This document shows, piece after piece, positions 11,161-21,610 of a stretch of 64,000 bases of DNA (the first letter of the stretch is position 1; every line of letters starts with the position of its first letter). Origin of the DNA: Phoronis australis (taxonomy: Eukaryota > Animalia > Phoronida). The translations under genes and the position numbers were made by a program. Location: positions 8,531 through 72,530 of the forward strand of contig NMRA01000816.1 of assembly GCA_002633005.1 (NCBI GenBank). The letters are read 5' to 3'. The notes under the pieces were generated by a model. It worked only from the letters and a program-made list of their open reading frames with translations. It was not told the origin of the DNA and ran no database searches.

Positions 11161-14100
11161 TCAGTCCAACTCTGGTGGAATCCTTTGGGCCGCTGTTTTC
11201 TCTATGGTGAAGGGGTACAGGAACTGTAACAAACAGACATCATATTGCCAACAGAGGAGGTAGTGGAACGATACATCAATGTCAGTGTTTGCGACTGCTA
11301 ATGACCAAGTACTAACAAGAGTTGTTTATTTGTATCATAAAAATGACCACTAGATGGTGCAAGTACAAAAAATGCATTCCTGCAAAGTCTACTACATGTC
11401 TTGGAACTACTCCATTCGCATTATTTTGTTTTCAAGTCATCACTCCTGGCTGCACCAACAGGTGTCACTCTGAGCAGTCCATCTCGCAGAAGTCATTAGG
11501 CCACACATTTGTGTTGAGACAAGTTGCAAGTTCAAAACATTTGTTCTAGATTTTGTTTCTTGAAAGTTCATAAAGTGACAATTAAGTGTGATTACTAGTT
11601 AGTGAAAATTGTCTCCAAGGGGTTGGCAGCTGCCGATGACCAACGAGATATCAGATTCAGAAATCACCTTCAAAACATAACATCAGGGACAATTTGCGAC
11701 AGAATGATGGACAACCCTTTAATATTAAAACTTTTCCAGATGGGACAAAGAAAAATTAATTATTTTGCACAAGGTTGGGGCTTCTTCCACATAACTATGT
11801 GAAACAAACAACATTAGCAATCTCAAATTTTAGAATTAAGAACAACAACAATTGATCATTCACCTTAAGAGTTACTGACTGTGGGGAGACATGAAATCTT
11901 CAGCCCTCAATTTCAACGATTTCATAAATTCCAAGCCTGTTTGAGATTATGTTGATGACACAAAACACAGCTCCCTCTATTAGATGCATGGCAAAAGTGA
12001 CAATAATTAGATACAACATGTCCGTATTTTGGGAACCAGTTTGATGCCCGTTATTCAGTGGAGAGAACTGGTTCTCAAAATTCGAGCACGTTATATCCGA
12101 CCATTACCACAAAAGTAGCCATGTCCCAAATCAACAAAATTCAATTTTGGCGTCCCGAATTTCAGAGACTGTCTGCAATTGGGAGATTTTTTTACTGTAC
12201 TTCCTTTTCTATCTAAAAGAAAATGATATACACGTTAAAGTGTCCCTGCCAACTGTTGGCACGAAACATTTGAATGGCTTACGACCCATTTCAAAATATA
12301 GCGACCGGGTTGTAAAAACACCACATAATTCTTGGCTACATTTTTATTTTAAATTAGGCTAAACAATAACTGTCCATAGCTAACTGAAACCGAATATTTA
12401 ACGCCAAATGATCAGCTGTTGGAAAGCGACTGGAAAAACATTTGCACTAGTGTAGAGAGACCGTCAGCCACAGCTTTGTTGCTGTTTGTACATTTCTGAC
12501 GCACTTGAGAGGTGAGTTGTGGCTAACGCTGAAAAACGATGGGAAAAGCTTACTTTCACAGTAAAAACTCAAAAATTCAGCAAATTCATCCCAATTGGAA
12601 AGGTCAGCTTTTAGCATTGCAACATCGTAGTTCAATACAACGGAAATGTCTACCTCTAAACTGCATAAATCAGCAAACAGGGGACATAATCATCAACCTC
12701 TGAAACTTATAATCAGTATACAGGGGAGATAATCATCGACCTCTCTGAATTGTGTAAATCAGTATACAGGGGAGATAATTATCAACTGCTTAATTGTGTA
12801 ACCAGTATACAGGGGAGATAATCATCAACCTCTGAATTGTGTAAATCAGTATACAGGGGAGATAAGCGGGCCTCACTCACCTCTTGATGAATTTGACTTC
12901 TTGACTTAGTTGACAACTCAGGTACAACAAACTGAAAGAATTTTACAGAGAATATTTAAAGAGCAACACAAGCAATCTTTACAAAAACAATAAGTAAACA
13001 AACAATAAATAAATACAACAGATCACGAGGTTTCGCAGACCTCAGTACACCACGTTTTGACAAGTTACCCTGCAGTAATCCCTCAAATTTTCCTCAAAGT
13101 GACAGGTTTGATTTATGGCCAAAAATTGTAAGTTGGGGAATACTGCTTGAAGGCATCGACTTACAGGACGATCTTTTTTCTGTTTAGTGATATGAAATAT
13201 ATAGCACCAAATCAACGCTTTACCATGTTCAAATTATGTATGATCATATCTACCATCGCATAAACGTTTGAAAACTTCTGGGCACCTACAACACCATAAA
13301 AAGATGTTGACGAATTTAAAAGGACAATTTTATCATTGATTTTTGTACAAACTTGGTGATATTTTACTGTAAAATCTGTGTACAGTATATAAAAACAAGA
13401 CAATGCATTATGTAAAACAGTTCATACTACAGCCCCTTGAAAGAAAAACAACTTGAAAAGGACTTACATGATCTGAGCCACTTTTTATGTCGAAAGCTGA
13501 GTGTAGTTTAAAGGGTACGCCTTTTAATGCTGAAAACGAAAGAAAAACATTAAGTACAGCCATTCTTAACCATGGCAATACTGAAAAAGAGAAGTTTTTG
13601 CTTACATTTGTCAGTTTCTCAAAAAAATTCAATTTTTTTGAGAAACTGACAAATGTAAGCAATGTCAATGTTTAAAACGGAAACTGTTGAATTCGACCAC
13701 TTTGATCAACAAAACTGGTCTAGACTTCCTTACTCAGATCAAAAGTGATTCTTGATCTTGAGCTAACAGAGTTGCCCAAGCAAAACAAGAAATAGTTTAG
13801 TTCTGCGACTGAACACAAGATGGAGAAACCTGTTGGTGCTAAAATTCGTTAAAAACATTGCACTGCATACTTACGATGCACTGCTAGCGTGGGAGGTTGT
13901 GACTGTACTGAGGAGCCGGATGATCTCGCGTCGCCTTGACCTTGACGCAGGTCATTAGTCTGTGTATAGTTTGAGTTGGGAGGCGGCGACATCTGTTGGT
14001 ATGTCATGTGCGGAGGCTGAATGGGGGGTGTGGGTGGCTGGAAATGAAATAAAATAAAACGAATAGCTGTTATACATGATTTGCGTTCTCCTGAATTTCT

Positions 14101-17100
14101 AAATGAAGCACCAGTTACTGATTAGGAATGATTAGAAACCAATGTACATGAATGGACATTTTGCAAACATGGAAACATTAAAGCAAACAAGAGCGCACGA
14201 CTCCAGCATAAGCTAGGACTCATCAACAGCTCTTTGGAATTGGCCGATTACCTAAAAAATTCATTTTAATGTCAGTAAAAGTATACATTTTCTCAAAGTA
14301 GACAACCTGTGGAATGTGATGTTTGACGTACCAATCTGACATTAATTGGGTCACATCATCATGTCTTTTTAGTAAATGTTAGCAACGACATTCAGCGCAA
14401 AACAATGTCACCAATAACACAGCCCGAAATTTCGCTTGATATTAAGGCTTTCAATCATTTAATTTTCACTTCATGCAACTTTTGATTTTTTCATAAATAT
14501 TAAATATCATAAAAGTCCAAATTCTGATAGCCCCTCTAGCAAAAGCTGAACAATGCCTAACAGTGTTTTGTGTTACAGAGCATAAAGCATAGCATTCAGA
14601 GGTTTGATATGAATTCAATCATCCATTTCCGAGACAAGATGTGTCAAATTTGTCCACTTTTCTAGTGTCTTACATAACCCTAACATCAACATTTCAAACT
14701 GTTTGTGAATTCCTCAGTCACCTACTTGGCTAACATGGTACCCGGAACCAGTACCAAATGTTGGCTGTGTCTGTTGCATTGTGGGATTTAGAACATATGG
14801 TAGAGGACTGAAACAATGGAAAAGTAATTTTACATAGAATGACACTGAAGCAGTTAAGAAAACTGAGTATAGTGATTGTTATCAATATAAAACAAGTAGA
14901 GAAAATATTAAAGGAACATTACACAGCTGATTAGCGGTCAATGTTGATTCCTTATCCGAACCACTTTGGGGTTTAAAACAAAACTACTTATGTACATCCG
15001 ATCTTGAATTGTTGCCAAATGAGCCAGCAACTCAGGTAATAGACAGTGCGTACATGCGCCATTTTTCGAATTCGATATTTTAAGGTTGTCCAACACCAAC
15101 AAACTCTGAAGCACTTTCTTTGTTGGTGGTTTTGATGTTCTTTAGTTGACATCCTATCACAGTAACAAATACTACGAGACGGTTTCATGAGAGCAAAAGG
15201 CCTAACTCAATTTTCAGTTTTAGGGTTGTCCGATCCAAATAAACTCTCATTAAGCATTTTCTTTGTTGATGGCTTTGATGTTCTTTTGTTGGCAATGGAA
15301 ATAGCATCCTATCACGGTAACAAATACTACGAGACGGTTTCATGAGAGCAAAAGGCCTAACTCAATTTTCAGCTTTCGGGTTGTCCGACACAAATAAACT
15401 CTCATTAAGCATTTTCTTTGTTGATGGTTTTGATGTTCTTTTGTAGGCACTGGAAATAGCATCCTAGCATGGTAAAAAATATTATGAGACGGTTTTATGA
15501 GAGCAAAAATCCTGTTAAATCCAATTTTCAATTTTAGAAAGCTAAACAGGGCGAAATGCAGCTATACGTAATACTGCACATATGTATATTTAGGCCCATG
15601 CGTAGGAGAAATTAGTCCATCTAAATTGAGAAAAACCCACTTCTACCAGTTAAGCGCTTATAAATACCTAACTGGAAACTTATAAAACACCGTAAAAATC
15701 TCACAAATTTCGGACAAAAAATTGGAAAACTGATATTTTTCTAAATAACGAAAGCCTCTAACTTTGTTGTTGCTGTTTAGAATTTCTCACAACGTCAGAC
15801 CGTGACTACCGTACTCGTCCGGGTTACCGCCCATGTTTGGCTTACCGCCCACCTCGAGATTTTCAATTTTTCAAATTTAAGCGCCCATGTTCGGCTTACC
15901 GCCCTCCCCAAAATTTTCAATTTTACAATTTTAACCGCCCATGCTCGGCTTACTGCCCACTCCGTTTTTTCGATTCCCAATTTAAGGGCCCAGGGCCCAC
16001 AACTTATAAACGATGACGTATTTATTTGGTGCTACTTATTTTTTTACGAAAAAATTTGATATTTTACTTCTCCGTCATATTATGTCATAGTTTGGTGAGA
16101 TTTTACCCTGATGACAAGTAACGACATTTTCATTTACAGTTCACAGATAGAAACAATGCACATCTTCTGCAATACTGTAGACTTCAAATGATGCAAGAGA
16201 CGAGAGTCACCGCAACGTACCTGTGTAGTGGTTTGTTCTGTGTTTCAGGAGGAACCGGGCCCATTTTGTAGCACAACAGTATATTATTTATATCTCTGAA
16301 AAAAACCTCGATTGTTAAAAGAATCTTAAAATTATAACCCAGTGGTCATCATCCATATTTAAGGAGCAGTTACAAAGACATTCAGACAAGGTTTGTTGAA
16401 ATCCTCAATAAATTGTAATATCTAAGAAGCAATAGCAATGGTAAAAAAGCAAACAGACTATCATAGGTTTAATATCCTAAATATCAATCATATTGACATC
16501 ATCGTATCTTGCAACTATATGTAGTCGCGTTGTTGGAAATGATGCTTACCAACACCCAGTCGGCTATTCGTTGCTACGTCAATTTTTTTACAAAAAATCC
16601 TTCTCCTGTTAGTTTTGAGAACCTTTGTAACTACGTTTAAGTCACAGATAGACATTGTGGGGACACCTTGCATAACGCATATTTAGGTCGACTCACTGCA
16701 TCAAAGAGCAATGCTGACTTTATGATTGGCTAACGGTGACTTGACCAAACAACTAAGAAACCATTACAGAATACAGAGTGCAATGCAGATGTTCTATGCT
16801 CTCTGAGAGCAATTCTGCAAACGCATTTTTTATGATGTTCGTGGCTAGAAAACTTTGAAACACTTTTTACCAGGCCACAGCGCACTTGATTACATTGAAA
16901 TTACATGGTCTGAGAACTACTGCTGGAGAATAGTATGCAACTGGTTTCAACGTGGAGCTACAGTATTAAAGAGGGCATTGGAGTTTCGGTCGTGCATGGC
17001 TTACCCCACTATCGTATAGCCAGGTGGCGCCCTCTTTGCTTTACTCAACAGTATAAGATCCGTGATTGCACTAGTGGTTGTGTTTCTACTGATCATCTTT

Positions 17101-19468
17101 ACACAGAAATTCTTCTTTTTAACTGCCTTCTCCCCTGAAATATAGCAGAGATACTTGTTATCAGTCTGCCAATGATAACTTGCTCTGAGAAACACAATAT
17201 TAATTTGCCAATGATAACTTGCTCTGAGAAACACAATAATATCAGTATGCCAATGATAACTTGCTCTGAGAAACACAATATTAATTTGCCAATGATAACT
17301 TGCTCTGAGAAACACAATAATATCAGTATGCCAATGAAAACTTGTACTGAAAAACGCAATAATATCAGTCTGCCAATTATAACATGTTCTGAGAGACACA
17401 ATACCAGTTTGCTGCTGTTACATGAAGCAGAGATTTAGAATATCAGTACACAGTTTTGTTTGCAAATTAAACGCATTCACGGTATCTTTTTGTTGTGTTT
17501 TAATGGTGAAAGTAATGACAGGCATACAGCCGAAGAATTACCTTGATTTGCATTGCCCCGAGGTCGAACCAAGATCAAACAATGGCTTTTAAAACATCAA
17601 CAATTTCTATACTTATGATAAACACGACCACTCGTGGAATTTGTTGTAGGTCAAAAGCTGGCATGGGGCAACAAAGTACAACTTTCCCAGAGAAGATCTA
17701 TTGTTGATCTTACGTGTTTTACCAGCAGTCCCATTAGGGCTGACGTGGGACTCTCTTAATATTAGGTACAAACAGATTTTAAATTAGCTCAAACTGTATT
17801 AAACAGAAAGAAAACAAGACTTTAAATATTTGCTAGGCAAAAACTATTTAACAATGTCCTTTTCAGTTAGTCTAAAACAACCAGATTAAACAACCACAAA
17901 GGGCACACAAAAGTGTTTAAAGTTAACAATTCATGAAAACCTTTAAAATGAATGAAAAATATTACGTGAGTCTTGTGTCAAGTCAACATGTGAGAAACCA
18001 GCTGGAACAGAGTCTTTTTCATTGTTTATCACGACGTCTACTAAAACATTGTTTAGGGCACCCTGGAAAAAAGAAGAACAACCCTGGGTCAACAACAGCT
18101 CCATCTAGTGTTTGGACAAAGAACCAGTAAATCTGTTAAATTGCGCACAACCACATACCGTACGGTGCACGAGCATTATCACCTACACTGTCAGATTTAC
18201 CAAGTCCAGTGGCACTACGCAATTCATCATAAGCTCTGCATGGGTACATGCAACCTCGCAGTAACGACTTGTAAGAAATTTGAATCCCCACATCCCGAAA
18301 TGAGAACCAGTCCACACACATGTCACATATATCAATGTTCCTTACTTGAGCTAGAGGGTATATTCGTGTCACACAAATATATCTTGTGTTGCGTTTGCCA
18401 AACATACTGTCCTTCCAGAGATCAGCGTCGTCTTGACGATCATGCGTCTTGTCAATCTATGTAGAGTGATGTAAAAGATGCCAAAAAAGTAACAAATCAA
18501 TGATTAAGACAATTGCAAACATTTTTAAGTGTGGTCTGCATGCCACCTGTTGGCCACATCACATGACCTAATGAACATGAGTTTGAAAGACTTCTGTTCC
18601 AACAGGGACTCGAACCCGGAACCCGGGAGGCGTGTAGAAAAAAAATACTTAAAAAATATTTGTGATCTATATTTCCACACTGATTCAAGATATACATACG
18701 CATATTCCAACACAATTATGAATTTCAGCAATTCCTGACTTTTATTAATTAACTTATAAACATTATATAAGTTTCTGACCTCCCTAGTTTGTATATTAAT
18801 AGCTTGCAAGACTACAACACAATGACATGCTATATGTCTGCACACAATACGGCTGGCTCATGGAATATGATTTTGTTCAACTGACAAAAAAGCAAGCTTA
18901 AGAAACTTATAACGCACATCATCGTTAACATAGCTTTTTTGTATACAGTATTTATGACAAAACATAACTTGGTGAAACTTAGCAGTGATCGTTTGAAAAA
19001 TAAAAATATTACCATTTTGAAAATTTATCTTTAGACCACAAAATTACTATAAAATAATATTCTTCACTGATTACGTGCAAAAGTATTTGACAGAATGATG
19101 TTTTTAATTTTTTCAAGGCTAATTACTCTTTTGGAAATAATGGGAACTTTAACCAGTGTCGTTTTATGACATCTCCACCCTACAAACAATGCTCGCAATA
19201 CACTAGCACATTCTTAATCTTTATTTTTTTGGAGAAATAGAATTTTTCTTGTTGACCACATTGTATGCTAAATAAGCAGACAATTATGCTAATGCACTTT
19301 TGCCGCTAGTAACGGTATATCTTGACTCAAGTACAATAGGAAAAACGTATTAGCTTTGAGAACTCCTGAACTTACTGGTTTGTAACCATTGGGACAGTGG
19401 TTGATGTCACGCACCACACAGATGCCAGTGATGGGGTAGTCCGGAAGTGATGCTCGTAAATCCTGCAT
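11161..19468 (-). CDS. MVB12: Multivesicular body subunit 12 (MVB12A/B-like, MABP + UMA domains), about 308 aa, 10 coding exons
   Basis: GT-AG exons with consistent phases: 19468-19376, 18456-18346, 18062-17966, 17134-17005, 16295-16221, 14807-14726, 14037-13875, 13529-13468, 12931-12881, 11223-11161. The peptides PITGICVV...DADLWKDSMFGKRNTRYICVTR, NVLVDV, AITDLILLSKAKRAPPGYTIVG and the UMA-like LKGVPF...FLYPFTIEKTAA match human MVB12B. Probable 5' UTR exon donor near 21234. Confidence 0.92.
12017..12108. repeat. Hairpin mini-element, copy 2
   Basis: ttttgggaaccagtttgatgcccgttattcagtggagagaactggttctcaaaa, homologous to 10893-11002. Confidence 0.7.
12670..12865. repeat. Tandem repeat, about 44-bp unit, about 4.5 copies
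   Basis: cagtatacaggggagataatcatcaacctctgaattgtgtaaat recurs at 12714, 12760, 12803 and 12847, next to the MVB12 donor at 12880. Confidence 0.85.
13598..13662. repeat. Perfect palindrome, 32-bp arms, 1-nt spacer
   Basis: ttgcttacatttgtcagtttctcaaaaaaatt-c-aatttttttgagaaactgacaaatgtaagcaa. Confidence 0.95.
15075..15535. repeat. About 156-bp tandem triplication, probably inside a DNA-transposon relic
   Basis: gagacggtttcatgagagcaaaag recurs at about 15176, 15331 and 15486. Confidence 0.75.
15809..15965 (+). mobile_element. Tc1/mariner-type MITE left end with subterminal repeats
   Basis: TA-ccgtactcgtccgg start, followed by three copies of accgcccatg(t)tcggcttaccgccc. Right end not found. Confidence 0.5.
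17160..17402. repeat. Tandem repeat, alternating 39/42-bp units, about 6 copies
   Basis: tgccaatgataacttgctctgagaaacacaata repeated; it explains the periodic ORFs 17172-17438, 17099-17401 and most of 17001-17399. Confidence 0.9.
18590..18640 (-). mobile_element. tRNA-derived SINE head fragment
   Basis: The minus strand reads ccgggttccgggttcgagtccc (B-box GGTTCGAGTCC); no full cloverleaf. Confidence 0.45.
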
Positions 19469-21234
19469 AGCTAAGTCTAGCGATGAGGCTGTAACAAAAC
19501 GGTATCAATAGACCTCTTTGTTGATCGCCGTCACTTGATTTGCGCAAAGGTTTTTGGGAAAAATGCAGGTGTTCGCAAGAGATTCAAAGCAACGCAAGAG
19601 TAGGCGTAGTACTTAGTATGGTTGCAATAACCAAAGCGACCAAAAGGACAGTTATGTTCAAAACAGATGTTATAGGCTTTGACTATCACTTGCAGAAGTA
19701 GCAGTATGAAAATTATGCCAAGATCATCAAATTTCAGTAATAAAATTAGTAAATGTAATGTTGTTTAGAAAATGCACTCCACCACAATCCAAAAATCGTT
19801 TCATAAATGAGCCTAAAAGATCCCAGTGAAATTGTCTGTCTTCAAAACATGCTTTGTCAATTGTCAAACACAAATTTCTATTTCCAATTAAGCAGCACTA
19901 ACTATACCATCTGACACCTGATGCAAGATATGACTGCCACCTCCACCTATTGGGCAGATTGTCAACTAAGGTGCAATCAAATGCAAATAGAAACGGTGAG
20001 AAACAACTAACTAGAAACTTGATCTAAAGGAAATATTTATAGGTCTATTTACAGTACAAACATTTCCTTATACACTTAAAACATTGCCTGGTACAGATTG
20101 GGACTCGAAAAAATTCACACACAATCACAGTTGAAATTAAGCAATAATCTGACAAATGGATTGCCCCTCGCCAATTTTGAGCTGTGAAAGGAGGGGAAAG
20201 CTGGTCTTGCATTTTAACTGTTTAAATTATCCCAAAGTAAAACCAACTGCACCATCTCAGCTATTCCAACTACTTTGAGGCCTTCAACTTGCTTCGTTAT
20301 GGTCAAATATAATTCTACAGTAGTCCCTAACTGCTGACCCGGAGACGATCGCACAACACTTGAAAGGCAAATGAGAATCATGCTACCTCCCCCCCTAAAA
20401 GCAAGGATGTCCTGGTGGACCATACAGCATTGTGAATGTCACTGAGGGCACATTCCAGGACACATATCGGTGTTGCTAACGAGAAATTCAAGGATAACAC
20501 CACTACATGATTTGACGTTGACCTTCCCCAAAATGGAGAGGAGTAAGGGATTGAGAAATTCCAGCTCTGGTTGTGATAATGTAGTACAGATGAATGAAGC
20601 CCCTCTACGTCCTTTGCTGATCAGCTGTTGTATCACCACTTACATGACTTTTGCATTTCTGAAAAACACCTTCATTCTTCAAGCCAAGTGGAACTGCCTC
20701 TTAACCAAATACTTTGGACCCTTCACTCTGACGCGGGGAACCAGGCTCAAATCTCAGTGTCAATGGATTTTTCGGCTGATCAGTTTGAAGTTTGTAGAGG
20801 TATTTTTGAAGAGTCATAAGAGCCTCTGTCAATCACTAGCTAAAGGCCAATAGTCTATTAACATAATAGTCAGCATACTACGGTTTTATACTTTATAGGG
20901 GTCGCTTGCGACTCCCAGCCCCAGGTCACATATAATCTCATCAATCTCAGAGGGATGATTGGGCACTGAACCGATCACTTTAACTGTTGAGGCACAATGA
21001 CTGGTAACAGGGGCTTAAACGGAACCCTCTTCAAAATGGCTGCCGAGAATCAGTTTTATAAGCCACTGCACCAGACGGGTAGGACTAGGAATGGAATTTA
21101 TGGATTAGGAGTAAAAAGGTACAGAACCATCTCAACTGACGGGTCGGCTATAATTGCCTGGTTCTCTAAATAAGATATCAGGGCCTACTATATCCGACCA
21201 GGACCTTTAATAACAGAATGTGATGTCTATTACC

Positions 21235-21610
21235 TGTGCTTAAAGTCAAATTTAAATAAAAAATTTACATGTCACGAAGTCTAAGGTTGCGCACTTCCTC
21301 GAAAACGAAACAATAACTTCCTGGTGCACATGCGCAAATCCCAGCAATACGGGCCACTAAAATAAACAAATTCAGGTTGTAGATATAACGGAAATATGTA
21401 ATGCAAATATGCAATATATACTTAATTACGATCATAATATAGTTCATATATCACATTAATAATATATTTTACATCTTTGAAAGCCATGAGTTATATTCAT
21501 TTAATCTAATAACCTGCTAACTTTCACAGTCAGTACAAACTTTTAAAATTACCCGTTGTTTATGGCGGAACTTTCGACTGCGCGGAGTTAGCCAGAGGAT
21601 TTATAAAACC
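21235..21610. promoter_or_regulatory. Bidirectional promoter between MVB12 and DSN1
   Basis: Divergent first exons under 400 bp apart. NRF1-like tgcacatgcgca at 21325-21336, ETS-like cacttcct and aacttcctgg, YY1-like atggcgg at 21562-21568, CHR-like tttgaa at 21476-21481. Confidence 0.6.

Noticed and set aside
13020-14660. Possible additional Helentron-like ends near 13020 and 14185
   Set aside because: Only short hairpins after A-runs; boundaries cannot be supported.
17172-17438. Periodic ORF MITCSEKHN...
   Set aside because: Translation of a tandem repeat on the strand opposite MVB12.
20200-20860. Possible retroelement relic (frameshifted IPGH/HIGVANE RNase H-like words, ORF 20470-20853)
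   Set aside because: Motifs are too short and broken to call without an HMM search.
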